A DNA stretch of 64,000 nt from Escherichia phage phAPEC8. Below are positions 48,202-56,355 of this stretch, piece by piece. The stretch lies in sequence record NC_020079.1, one strand, 5' to 3'. A program made the translations under genes and the position numbers. The notes under the pieces are model-generated. The model was not told the origin of the DNA. It worked only from the letters and a program-made list of their open reading frames with translations, and did not search any database. How positions within the stretch are numbered: position 1 is the first letter of the stretch; each line of letters opens with the position of its first letter.

Positions 48202-48765
48202 CTAAATAGTTTTACTGTGATCATGACAGTGTAATAAATGATGTATAGACCGTTGAGGATTTGTTTGACCTAATCTGTAAATGTGAAACAGATACATTCC
48301 CCGCATCAATCCTAACCTCTTTCCTTTTTCATGTAAAGTGCGAGAGAAAATTAAGTCGAATTGGATAGATTTTTCTTCGAAAGGAATTTCATTCCACAAT
48401 GATTTTCTAAAAAGCAAAAAGAAACCTGCCAGAGGTGTTCCGAAAGGAACTTCTTCAACATTTACTTTATGATATTCTCTTGCAATCTTAGCATATTCTA
48501 TATGGTTTAGAATATCGGGATCATCGTTAATTTGGTTAGAGAAAAGCTGATAACCACTACCTAACCTGTTACAAGTTGCACCTATTACATCAAAAGGCGG
48601 GTTTGACATAACAAGCTCTTCAAGCATAGATGGTTGATCAGGTAGGAGGAACATTGTATCGGTATCTCTTAAACACACCCAACTATCATCTGGAAGAACG
48701 GCAATGGCTTCATTGATAGCCTTGCCGATATTTCCTGTCAGATAGGGAGTAATATAATAAATCAT
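48202..48765 (-). CDS. glycosyltransferase-like protein (GT-A-like N-terminus)
   Basis: 187 aa; N-terminal IYYITPYLTGNIGKAINEAI and CLRDTDTMF (DxD-like); weaker assignment than the three upstream GT genes. Confidence 0.35.
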   Translation of the reverse strand: MIYYITPYLTGNIGKAINEAIAVLPDDSWVCLRDTDTMFLLPDQPSMLEELVMSNPPFDVIGATCNRLGSGYQLFSNQINDDPDILNHIEYAKIAREYHKVNVEEVPFGTPLAGFFLLFRKSLWNEIPFEEKSIQFDLIFSRTLHEKGKRLGLMRGMYLFHIYRLGQTNPQRSIHHLLHCHDHSKTI

Positions 48766-48781
48766 TCTCCCCTCCGTTATA

Positions 48782-48973
48782 TTAACTGTCGGCTACAATC
48801 CCGCGTTTAATCATTTCCTGTTGGATTTGGATGACACGATCTCGTGCTTCCATGTATTCTTTAAAAGATTCTTGAAGATGGTCACGAGCTACGTCTCGTA
48901 GCTTAATCAGTTTGTCGTTTGTCACTTCTTGAAGAGAGATTTCGCCAGTTTCATTGGTCCCAAGCGTTTTCAT
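48782..48973 (-). CDS. hypothetical small protein
   Basis: 63-aa ORF, helical and charged. Confidence 0.4.
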   Translation of the reverse strand: MKTLGTNETGEISLQEVTNDKLIKLRDVARDHLQESFKEYMEARDRVIQIQQEMIKRGIVADS

Positions 48974-49181
48974 TTACAACCTCCTTAATAGCTACTGCAC
49001 AGTTCTTACAAATACATTGACCTTTGTTCTTAGAAATTTCAATGTAAGGTTCATTTTCGTTTTCTCCGCGTCGTGAGTCGTATATTACTGTATTGAAGCA
49101 GACAACGCAAATGTTTTTAATAACGACATATTTTTGCACTTTCTGTTTAGTGCGAAAATTGACTTCAATGACTTCTCCCAT
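48951..49181 (-). CDS. small Cys-rich zinc-ribbon-like protein
   Basis: Track ORF 48951..49229 trimmed to the internal ATG (MGEVIEVNF...) that abuts the upstream gene; contains CVVCF...CICKNC. Confidence 0.4.
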   Translation of the reverse strand: MGEVIEVNFRTKQKVQKYVVIKNICVVCFNTVIYDSRRGENENEPYIEISKNKGQCICKNCAVAIKEVVNENAWDQ

Positions 49182-49465
49182 CAATGAATCTCCCCTAAAA
49201 TGTTGTTTTGAGACATTACTGCGGAGCATTCTACAGCATCATGAGTCCTTGCAAAACGCTCCCACAACACAGCATCTACTTTAAGAACCATACAAGGATA
49301 AATACTGTCGTTGATCATGTCAATGCTATATTTATCTACATCCTTTTCATCTTCCATAAACAAAGTAGCGTATGCTTCTAAATGCTTACGGGTGTAGTAT
49401 ACATCCTCTTCAGTAAGACCGACAACCAGGTAACTTGCTACAACAACAGTATTATCTTCTTGCAT
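49181..49465 (-). CDS. hypothetical protein
   Basis: Track ORF 49181..49528 trimmed to the internal ATG (MQEDNTVVV...) immediately after the stop of the hydrolase gene. Confidence 0.4.
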   Translation of the reverse strand: MQEDNTVVVASYLVVGLTEEDVYYTRKHLEAYATLFMEDEKDVDKYSIDMINDSIYPCMVLKVDAVLWERFARTHDAVECSAVMSQNNILGEIH

Positions 49466-49466
49466 T

Positions 49467-49988
49467 TTAACTCCCCTTTGGTAGATAGAAACCATGCACT
49501 TTATCTCGATAAACAAGACGCATATCACGTTCCCAGTGTGTCCTTATATTCCGTTTCTTGAAGTATAGAGCACCTTTAGTAACATCTAAAACAGACCGCA
49601 ATTCAGGAAAATGTTTCTCTAAATAAAGTAAACGCTCCGCTATTGCTTTTGCTTCCTGCCACTTATCTTTCTCTGTTACGTTAAAAGTTTTCGCATATGA
49701 GAATTGCCCTTTCTGGAACAAGACTCCTCTGACTGTGTTAGGGAAGTAGGTATCATTTCTTCTGTTGATTACCACATTCCCAACGGCATTCATTCCTTTT
49801 TTACCCAGACCGCGACCTTCTGCGTAAATTGCACAAGCTAATAGAATTTTATCATTATATTGCTTTGTACATTTGTGAACTACTTTAGCGGTTTTTACGT
49901 TTGCAGCTTCGGCTTTCGCCACAACAGGTGTAAATGTAAAAGCAGTTAAGGATAGTAACGCAACTGTTACAAAGTTTTTTATCAGCAA
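49467..49988 (-). CDS. secreted cell wall hydrolase, SleB/Hydrolase_2-like (endolysin candidate)
   Basis: 173 aa; N-terminal signal peptide (LLSLTAFTFTPVVAKAEA) and core ACAIYAEGRGLGKKGMNAVGNVVINRRN...FPNTVRGVLFQKGQFS matching the SleB-type signature; TTG start with SD AGGAGG and its own promoter. Confidence 0.55.
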   Translation of the reverse strand: MLIKNFVTVALLSLTAFTFTPVVAKAEAANVKTAKVVHKCTKQYNDKILLACAIYAEGRGLGKKGMNAVGNVVINRRNDTYFPNTVRGVLFQKGQFSYAKTFNVTEKDKWQEAKAIAERLLYLEKHFPELRSVLDVTKGALYFKKRNIRTHWERDMRLVYRDKVHGFYLPKGS

Positions 49989-50020
49989 ATTTTGCCTCCT
50001 TTTTAAGTTAACGAACTTCT

Positions 50021-50049
50021 AGTATAACACGATAGAGGCTTTATTGCAA
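50021..50049 (-). promoter_or_regulatory. sigma70-like promoter on minus strand (TTGCAA-N17-TATACT)
   Basis: Minus-strand TTGCAA (50044-50049), 17-nt spacer, TATACT (50021-50026), 32 nt upstream of the TTG start at 49988. Confidence 0.45.
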
Positions 50050-50069
50050 GAGGGGGATTTCTCCCCCTC
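50050..50069 (-). terminator. stem-loop downstream of TerD-like gene (possible terminator, weak U-tract)
   Basis: Perfect stem GAGGGGGA/TCCCCCTC with TTTC loop; minus-strand downstream is UUGCAAUAAA. Confidence 0.3.
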
Positions 50070-50087
50070 AAAATCATTTGTTAATTA

Positions 50088-50690
50088 TTATGGACATTCA
50101 TACCATTCTTTTTTACCACCAAAGGCCATCACCACATCGCAAATATCCAGACCAGCTTTACCTACACCATATGCTTTCAGCTTCCATTCCCCATCTTCAC
50201 GAACCAGCGAAGCCACGTGGCAGATTGTGTTGCCAGCTACTTCAGGAGCCAGGAAGTCAAAATCCAGAATTTCCACATTGCGCTCGGAGTCGAAGATTTT
50301 AAGCATACCTTCAGAAGCATGACCAAAACGTTTCAGACCTGTATCATCATCAATGGTCAGAACAAAGGCAATCTCTTGTGCATCAGGAGAGATTTTAGCC
50401 AGAGTAATATCAATCTGCTCCATGCTGCCAGTTCCATCACGAACATCGTCACCAGCGAAGGTAGAACGTTCAGGATCAAACTTGTTAGCATAGCAAACCA
50501 GATGACGTGCAGACAGCATTTCAGGATTGCCAGCGGCATTATGACGACAAACCAGTGCACTTACATCCAGATCCAGTTTAGAATCAGATTTCCAAGAGAA
50601 TTCCAGGCGCAGTTCTTTCAGAGCCGGAGCAACTTTCTTCAGGGAAATTTTTTCGCTAGAACCTTTTTTCAGGGAAATTTTATCAGTCAT
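50088..50690 (-). CDS. TerD-family protein (tellurium-resistance TerD/TerZ/TerE-like)
   Basis: 200 aa; alignable block-by-block with E. coli TerD as recalled: ISLKKG..ISLKK, LDLDVSAL, AGDDVRDGTGS, IAFVLTIDD, FG...G, GEWKLKAYGVGKAGL. Confidence 0.8.
   Translation of the reverse strand: MTDKISLKKGSSEKISLKKVAPALKELRLEFSWKSDSKLDLDVSALVCRHNAAGNPEMLSARHLVCYANKFDPERSTFAGDDVRDGTGSMEQIDITLAKISPDAQEIAFVLTIDDDTGLKRFGHASEGMLKIFDSERNVEILDFDFLAPEVAGNTICHVASLVREDGEWKLKAYGVGKAGLDICDVVMAFGGKKEWYECP
50638..50681 (-). repeat. 14-bp direct repeat (TTCAGGGAAATTTT x2, 30-bp period) at the 5' end of the TerD-like gene
   Basis: Two identical copies at 50638-50651 and 50668-50681 encode the duplicated KISLKK peptide at the TerD N-terminus; a similar sequence opens the vWA gene. 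Confidence 0.5.
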
Positions 50691-50705
50691 CTTTTGTCTC
50701 CTCTA

Positions 50706-50975
50706 TTATTTAAGTGTAATACCAGTTACAGTCAATTCTACTTCCAAAAGCTTAGATGTGTTTTGGATTGATACTAATTGTGCATGATGGTTTAGTTCTA
50801 CAGCAGAATAATCATTTTCCCCATCATCTACTTTTAAATAAACAATGATTTCACTAAGGTCTAAACCATTTTCGTCAAATGCATTTTCATAGACGAAAGT
50901 ATCTCCTACATCCAAATCTTTAATGGTAAGGCATCGTTTATTTACTTTTTGCTCATCAATTTCGAAGTTTAACAC
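50706..50975 (-). CDS. small protein, paralog B of a duplicated family preceding Ter-type genes
   Basis: 89 aa; GTG start with SD AGGAGG overlapping the upstream gene end; paralogous to ORF 51997..52275 (shared DLDVG.TF...Y, ...VE(V/L)(D/E)L(E/T)VT(N/G)ITLK). Confidence 0.45.
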   Translation of the reverse strand: MLNFEIDEQKVNKRCLTIKDLDVGDTFVYENAFDENGLDLSEIIVYLKVDDGENDYSAVELNHHAQLVSIQNTSKLLEVELTVTGITLK

Positions 50976-51204
50976 TTCTTCCTCCTAATGTTATCTCCGG
51001 TTTGTATATACGAAGAATTATAGCATTTTCATTTTCTTTGTCAACCCATTCTTCATAATCGGGCCATACATGAATCTCTACTCTACTTACAATATCTTCC
51101 ATCCGCACAATCCCAATGAAATACTCTTTGAGACTGCGCATAATGAAAGCTTCTCTCTCGCGCCAATAATTTTCTACGACTTGAGAGGCAAGCTCGTCGA
51201 TCAT
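50956..51204 (-). CDS. hypothetical small protein
   Basis: 82-aa ORF between the vWA and paralog B genes; start overlaps the vWA stop. Confidence 0.4.
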   Translation of the reverse strand: MIDELASQVVENYWREREAFIMRSLKEYFIGIVRMEDIVSRVEIHVWPDYEEWVDKENENAIILRIYKPEITLGGRSVKLRN

Positions 51205-51995
51205 TTTTTAGCACCTACTTTAACAACCCACTCTCCGAACTCTTCAGATAAGAGTTTGTCATAAAGCTCTGAATCTGTCAAGTCTAAATCTTTAATGCCA
51301 ATGAAACCAACATTATCATAAGCATTTGCCAGTTCTTTCAGGAAGCCAAACTTCTCATTACCAACGCCAACCATGAACCAATAAATAGGTTTATTCTTAT
51401 TCTCTTCGATAAGACGACGAACAGCACTAGGATCACCATTCTCACCATCCGTTTGGAAGAATACAACACCAGGGGTAACGTCAGCACCTGGTTCAGATAC
51501 AGCTACAACCTTTTCACGCTCTACAGATACTGTTTCAGTTTTACCAAGCAGACGATTAAAGAAGCCTTTCTTTGGAGCCTCCTCTTGTACCACTTGTTTA
51601 GTGGTAATATATTTGGTAACAGTGCCAAAATACTCGTCGTAGATATCTGCCATTACAGGGGCGTAGTTTGTTCCACCTCCGATACGAACATTACGCATAC
51701 ATTTACCAACATAATCATCGTAAACGTCTGCTGTTGCTGGGGTAAGCTCTTGAGAACTCGTATTAAAGGCCCACATATCAATTTGTTCATTATCGTCGAA
51801 CAGCATACCAAAAGGAAGCAGTTTACCTACAAAATCACTCACTACCCCACTAGCATATAGACCATGCATACTACCAGAAATATCTAGAGCACATGCTACA
51901 CGAAGAACAATCTTACCTTCATTCAGGTTCTTATTCTTTTTCAGAGAGAAAGCAAGGTTTTCTTGACGTTTTTTCAGGCTGATTTTCTCGGACAT
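51201..51995 (-). CDS. von Willebrand factor A domain protein (TerY-like context) with TerD-like N-terminal peptide
   Basis: 264 aa; MIDAS motif DISGSM, GGTNYAP and TDGENGD; N-terminus MSEKISLKK...FSLKK echoes the TerD N-terminal repeat. Confidence 0.65.
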   Translation of the reverse strand: MSEKISLKKRQENLAFSLKKNKNLNEGKIVLRVACALDISGSMHGLYASGVVSDFVGKLLPFGMLFDDNEQIDMWAFNTSSQELTPATADVYDDYVGKCMRNVRIGGGTNYAPVMADIYDEYFGTVTKYITTKQVVQEEAPKKGFFNRLLGKTETVSVEREKVVAVSEPGADVTPGVVFFQTDGENGDPSAVRRLIEENKNKPIYWFMVGVGNEKFGFLKELANAYDNVGFIGIKDLDLTDSELYDKLLSEEFGEWVVKVGAKK

Positions 51996-51996
51996 A

Positions 51997-52275
51997 TTAT
52001 TTCTCCTTCTTAAGTGTAATGTTGGTAACTTCTAAATCTACTTCCACCATCTTTGTATCTGGTGGGATGCAATGAGTATAGCCTCGTTGTGCTAGTGATC
52101 CATTAATACAGATCGCACTGTTTGTGGAATTTTTAATGAACACCAAGTTACGGTAGGTATCCAACCCTGCGTCTTCATAGGCATCATAATACATGAATGT
52201 GGCCCCTACGTCAAGATCTTCGAAAGCAATAGGTAAATCCTGACTTTTTTCTTCTTGAATATTGAATCTAAACAC
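51997..52275 (-). CDS. small protein, paralog A of a duplicated family preceding Ter-type genes
   Basis: Track ORF 51997..52341 trimmed to a GTG with SD GAGGAGG that overlaps the upstream gene end, the same arrangement as paralog B. Confidence 0.4.
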   Translation of the reverse strand: MFRFNIQEEKSQDLPIAFEDLDVGATFMYYDAYEDAGLDTYRNLVFIKNSTNSAICINGSLAQRGYTHCIPPDTKMVEVDLEVTNITLKKEK

Positions 52276-52831
52276 GCATACCTCCTCTACCAATTTTGAA
52301 GCCCAAATCGTAAGCTTCCTTAGTGATCTTTTGTAACTCACTTATAGGAAGTGTTACAAGAGGATCATCTTCTTCAATTTCCATCTTGTCATCTTCTGTT
52401 TCAATGAGAGTATTATGCACTTTGTGATAAGGGTTGTCAACACGTTTAAACTTATTCTTTTCTGTGCTGAAAAAACAATCTGGATCTTCTTCACCATCAC
52501 CCCAACCTTGGTTAGGATCTCCGTCAGATTGTTCTGTAGGGATTTCACCTGTAAAGTACTCTTCCAGCACCATAGCGATACCGTCCCTTGGATTTGAGGA
52601 ATGCATCAAATCACAAACCTTACTCCAATCCATAGCCCATTCAAATCGTTCACGAACACCATTTTCATCCTCCTTTCCAGAGAAAACACAACCATAACTA
52701 TCATAGTTGCCATACATCTCTTCAATAACAACACCGTCCTTCAAAAGAAAGAGATAACAAGGTGATCCGTCGAAAGAAGTAGAAAGGGCAGCTTTGCCCG
52801 ATTCTTTGCACAAAAAGCTAAAACAACCCAT
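52268..52831 (-). CDS. hypothetical acidic protein
   Basis: 187 aa; Asp/Glu-rich central region (EQSDGDPNQGWGDGEEDPDCFF, ETEDDKMEIEEDDP). Confidence 0.45.
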   Translation of the reverse strand: MGCFSFLCKESGKAALSTSFDGSPCYLFLLKDGVVIEEMYGNYDSYGCVFSGKEDENGVRERFEWAMDWSKVCDLMHSSNPRDGIAMVLEEYFTGEIPTEQSDGDPNQGWGDGEEDPDCFFSTEKNKFKRVDNPYHKVHNTLIETEDDKMEIEEDDPLVTLPISELQKITKEAYDLGFKIGRGGMRV

Positions 52832-53229
52832 TACAAACCCTCCTTCAGATTATCAAGAGCTACAGTGGTTTCACAAAATTCTCCATAAGCTTTATGATGT
52901 TCCAGAAAAGCTTCGGGTCCACCCCAGTCATTATCTTGTGTATTCCAGCCATCAATAAAAGCATCTTCAATGATTGTGATCAGTTCCTGTCGAGTCAACG
53001 TAATGGTATCAGGTTTCTGCGTAGTTTCCACACGGAACCCTGGTTCTTCATAAAAACCTTTAGTTACAATGGATTCTAACTCTTCTGCATCACAGAGGAA
53101 GTAGCCACAAAGATAACACCCACCGTCATCATCTTTCATTACTTCATAAACTTCACCACTTGCTAACTTGATGAAAAGAGTAGGGTCTGTTACTGTAAGT
53201 TTTAAAAGAATACCTGTTGGATTATACAT
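52831..53229 (-). CDS. hypothetical protein
   Basis: 132-aa ORF; ATG overlaps the 3' end of the small acidic ORF upstream. Confidence 0.45.
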   Translation of the reverse strand: MYNPTGILLKLTVTDPTLFIKLASGEVYEVMKDDDGGCYLCGYFLCDAEELESIVTKGFYEEPGFRVETTQKPDTITLTRQELITIIEDAFIDGWNTQDNDWGGPEAFLEHHKAYGEFCETTVALDNLKEGL

Positions 53230-53395
53230 CTTCTTCCTCCTCTAAGATATGGAACCCGTAATTACAATAATCCTGAAAGGTTTCGTGTGCAAGATCTTCT
53301 ATATCTTCTTGAGACATATCATCTTCAATTTCGATATCTACAACCTCATTGCATCCACACCAAGCCGTTTCAATATTCACTCGTAATATTTTCAT
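53222..53395 (-). CDS. small highly acidic protein (57 aa, below ORF-track cutoff)
   Basis: Hand-translated ORF MKILRVNIETAWCGCNEVVDIEIEDDMSQEDIEDLAHETFQDYCNYGFHILEEEEDV; preceded by GGAGGAGGAGGAG; its ATG shares a nucleotide with the upstream stop (TAATG). Confidence 0.4.
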   Translation of the reverse strand: MKILRVNIETAWCGCNEVVDIEIEDDMSQEDIEDLAHETFQDYCNYGFHILEEEEDV

Positions 53396-53595
53396 TACTC
53401 CTCCTCCTCCTCATTGAAGTCAATATCTGCAAGGAGTTCGAATTTACGGAAGTTACGACAACCTTCATAAATATAACAATCACGACAAACTGCTAGAACA
53501 CTTGGGGGATATATGCCTCCCATCGGTGCGAATCGTTTTTCGTCATCATAACGGACACCAATGTCTTCATCAATTATATAGATACGGATTCTCAT
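53395..53595 (-). CDS. small acidic Cys-containing protein
   Basis: 66 aa ending in NEEEEE; start overlaps the upstream gene stop. Confidence 0.4.
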   Translation of the reverse strand: MRIRIYIIDEDIGVRYDDEKRFAPMGGIYPPSVLAVCRDCYIYEGCRNFRKFELLADIDFNEEEEE

Positions 53596-54704
53596 TTACC
53601 AAGCCCTCGTTTCACAGCAGCTACCATCCCGTCTTCCAGAGATTGAACTTCATTAATATAATCAACACGAGCAGCACGGGCTTCCGTATTGATGCGGTTA
53701 GTTTCTTCCAACATCTTAACCAAGTTTTCCTGATCGTGACGCAGAGTTTCAATATCCAACACTTGACGGTTAGCCAGTGCTGCTGCTTCGATCTGATTCT
53801 GTGTGGCAAGATCGCTACCCAGTTTAATTGCCAGGTTAAATTCATCAAGAACGTTATTCTGCGTCTCTGCTGCTTTCATTTGACGTAAGCTCTCGATATA
53901 CATTGAGAAGTTAGCAGAGTAAGCAGGAATAACATTATTTACTATGTTACGCGCAGATCGCATTAAGCTTGCAGAAACTTTTTGCATACCTTGTACACGC
54001 GGTCCCATTTGGACACACAGTAGGCGCAATGCTTTTAAATCTGCAATACGAATCTCCAGAAGATCCAAAGTATCTCGGATCACTTGTCGCTGTTCTACTG
54101 CATCTTCTGGAAGAGCAGCCAAAGCTTGTTCTTCTTTTTCATAGGTTGCTGTTAGAAGCTGCATATCTCGGTTCAAACTTGCAGCATATTGTCCAATAGC
54201 TTGATGTAGCTTTTCAAGATATACCAAGGAATCTTCTTCTTTGCGAATATCCATTTGAAGGTTCTTTACCAACTCTTCAATACGGTTATTAACATTATCA
54301 AACTCCCCAAACAGATCTTCTTTCATACCCATAACTTTTTTAATGAGTTTAGTAATACCCTTGCTTTGTTTAATAGAGTTTGGATCAAGTTGTTTTGCCT
54401 GTTTAATCAAAGCTGTGAGTCGTTCACTCATCTGATCGCCTTGATTACTACGTTGATGTTTTAATACCTCGGCATTCAAGGAACGCAAGGTTGTTCCTGC
54501 CTCTGCCCCAATCTCTTCAATCTCTTGTCGGGTCATAGAAGGCAAAACTGGAACTTCTTGCGGTGCCGCTGGTGCATAAACAGGACTGGCATCTAACACG
54601 CTTGGAGCGAATACAGATTTACTTGCATCGGTTGTTGCAGCAAATACGCTCATTTCAGGCTTCTTCTGACCACCAGTAGCTGCTTTTAAAAATGGACTTG
54701 TCAT
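53592..54704 (-). CDS. coiled-coil protein, TelA-like (toxic anion resistance family) candidate
   Basis: 370 aa, predominantly helical/coiled-coil; TelA assignment rests on size, composition and proximity to TerD/TerC/vWA genes, not on a verified signature. Confidence 0.35.
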   Translation of the reverse strand: MTSPFLKAATGGQKKPEMSVFAATTDASKSVFAPSVLDASPVYAPAAPQEVPVLPSMTRQEIEEIGAEAGTTLRSLNAEVLKHQRSNQGDQMSERLTALIKQAKQLDPNSIKQSKGITKLIKKVMGMKEDLFGEFDNVNNRIEELVKNLQMDIRKEEDSLVYLEKLHQAIGQYAASLNRDMQLLTATYEKEEQALAALPEDAVEQRQVIRDTLDLLEIRIADLKALRLLCVQMGPRVQGMQKVSASLMRSARNIVNNVIPAYSANFSMYIESLRQMKAAETQNNVLDEFNLAIKLGSDLATQNQIEAAALANRQVLDIETLRHDQENLVKMLEETNRINTEARAARVDYINEVQSLEDGMVAAVKRGLGK

Positions 54705-55291
54705 TCTTCATTCTCCTCTTCTGCATCTCTTATATATGGTGAAACACCGTACTCTTTAGCTACTTTAACCCAATCGTCCCATTTATACAACCATAATTTT
54801 CCTTCGGTCCCTTCTTTATCTGATTTCAACCACATATTAGGTTGCTTACCTGGGTACATGCGATTAGGTTTACGATTATAACCTCTAACACATCTTGTCG
54901 CAAACCCATCTACCAGAACAAGAACATATTTATATTCGTGGTTCAACGGCTCTTTGGAAGTGGCTTTAGGATTAGCCCCTAATTCTGCTGCCAGTTTTTG
55001 CCAATGAGCACCGTGCCTACTAAACTTACCCATACAACCATCAATAGCATGAGCAATTTCGTGCTTCATTGTGTCCACGATCATATCTCTTGTGGAGTTC
55101 TTATGCAAGTGCCAATTTACAACAACAATTTTATCTCGGTAGTTGCACCAACCGAAAGAGTTATTCACTTTGTTTCTAACACAAGCTTTATATCCTGCTT
55201 CACGTAACATGTTGTAGTAAACAGGAAAATCTTCTTTTATTTCCTGCATCACTTCCCACCACAAGAGTTGCAAGTCTCTCTCGGTATGCAT
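54701..55291 (-). CDS. SprT-like zinc metalloprotease domain protein
   Basis: 196 aa; HEIAHAIDG (HExxH) followed 8 residues later by HGAHW, the SprT-family pair of motifs. Confidence 0.6.
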   Translation of the reverse strand: MHTERDLQLLWWEVMQEIKEDFPVYYNMLREAGYKACVRNKVNNSFGWCNYRDKIVVVNWHLHKNSTRDMIVDTMKHEIAHAIDGCMGKFSRHGAHWQKLAAELGANPKATSKEPLNHEYKYVLVLVDGFATRCVRGYNRKPNRMYPGKQPNMWLKSDKEGTEGKLWLYKWDDWVKVAKEYGVSPYIRDAEEENEE

Positions 55292-55294
55292 AAC

Positions 55295-55888
55295 TTACAC
55301 CTTAAAAGCGAAATGCGTGGTCGTGGCTTCAAAATCAGGGCCAGATAAACTTGCACTGAAATCTGAAATATTTGTAATTAAAAAGCTTTTATGCATACCT
55401 AACACAGCCACGCTTTCAATATCTTCTACTAACATTTCAATCATGTTAGAAACATGGCTGAACGTATAGTTTTGTTTTTTGATGGTGTAGAAAGAAAGAC
55501 TCCCACCTGCTGTATAAGATACCTCTTCAAAATCTTTAATCGTATATTGTGTACCATCAGTAAAGAAAATGGTAGCTTTATTAGTAGCACGTTTCTTGTT
55601 TTTTGGTCCTTTTTTACGTTTACTGCGAGTAGGCAAACCGTTTGGGAACACCGTAGCTACAAATTCTTCAGGGGAAACCTCCTTACCGAAATCATAATCG
55701 TAAGAAACAGCGTCTATACACTCGTCGTCTTCATTTTTAAAATAATGAAAATAGGGCCAATTTGAGAGATTATCGAGCATCTTATGCGCATCCACAACAG
55801 AGAACGTATCCCTCAAAGCACGTGTGATTTGCAAAGCATTAGGCAAACTTTTAACACCTGTAATGGAAGTACGAATAGAAATTGTCAT
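55295..55888 (-). CDS. hypothetical protein
   Basis: 197-aa ORF with a basic central patch (RSKRKKGPKNKKRATNK). Confidence 0.45.
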   Translation of the reverse strand: MTISIRTSITGVKSLPNALQITRALRDTFSVVDAHKMLDNLSNWPYFHYFKNEDDECIDAVSYDYDFGKEVSPEEFVATVFPNGLPTRSKRKKGPKNKKRATNKATIFFTDGTQYTIKDFEEVSYTAGGSLSFYTIKKQNYTFSHVSNMIEMLVEDIESVAVLGMHKSFLITNISDFSASLSGPDFEATTTHFAFKV

Positions 55889-55902
55889 TGTTTTTCTCCT
55901 TA

Positions 55903-56355
55903 TTAACGTCGCTTGCTACGAGATGAACTCTTTTTACTTAAAGGGCTATTGTAAGATTTACGAGTTGTATAGCTACTATTTGTTTTAAAAGTTTGTCTCG
56001 GCTTTTCATAAGTTTTTATCTCTTGTTTAGGCTTACCATAAAAATTAGTTTTCGGTTTAGGTGTATTATAATGCTTATTAATAATCGTTCTGTTATCGTT
56101 ATAATCCCCACTGCTACGATTACTACCACCACTCATCATATGCCCTAACAACATACCTGTAGCAAACTCACCAACACCGCTACTACTAGAACCGCCACCA
56201 TTGTTGATAATAGTTGTATCTCCGTCAGATCCTTGTTGAGCGTATTGTTGAGGAGGTTGTTGGTATTGTGCAGGATTTGTTTCATCCTCGCAAGCTGTTA
56301 AAAAGATACAACCAATTAAAATCAGGGCTAGTTTTTTCATATTTGCTTTCCTCAT
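55903..56355 (-). CDS. lipoprotein (signal peptide + lipobox LTAC), Gly/Ser/Gln-rich
   Basis: Track ORF 55903..56415 trimmed to MRKANMKKLALILIGCIFLTAC; classic n-h-c signal region with lipobox Cys; alternative start at 56340. Confidence 0.5.
   Translation of the reverse strand: MRKANMKKLALILIGCIFLTACEDETNPAQYQQPPQQYAQQGSDGDTTIINNGGGSSSSGVGEFATGMLLGHMMSGGSNRSSGDYNDNRTIINKHYNTPKPKTNFYGKPKQEIKTYEKPRQTFKTNSSYTTRKSYNSPLSKKSSSRSKRR

Noticed and set aside
48202-48765. NPPF tetrapeptide in the fourth glycosyltransferase-like ORF as evidence of a second DNA methyltransferase
   Set aside because: No accompanying SAM-binding motif I; surrounding sequence fits a GT-A-like N-terminus better, so the NPPF is considered coincidental.
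50050-50069. Hairpin after the TerD-like gene as a strong intrinsic terminator
   Set aside because: Perfect stem but no U-tract on either strand; retained only as a low-confidence element.
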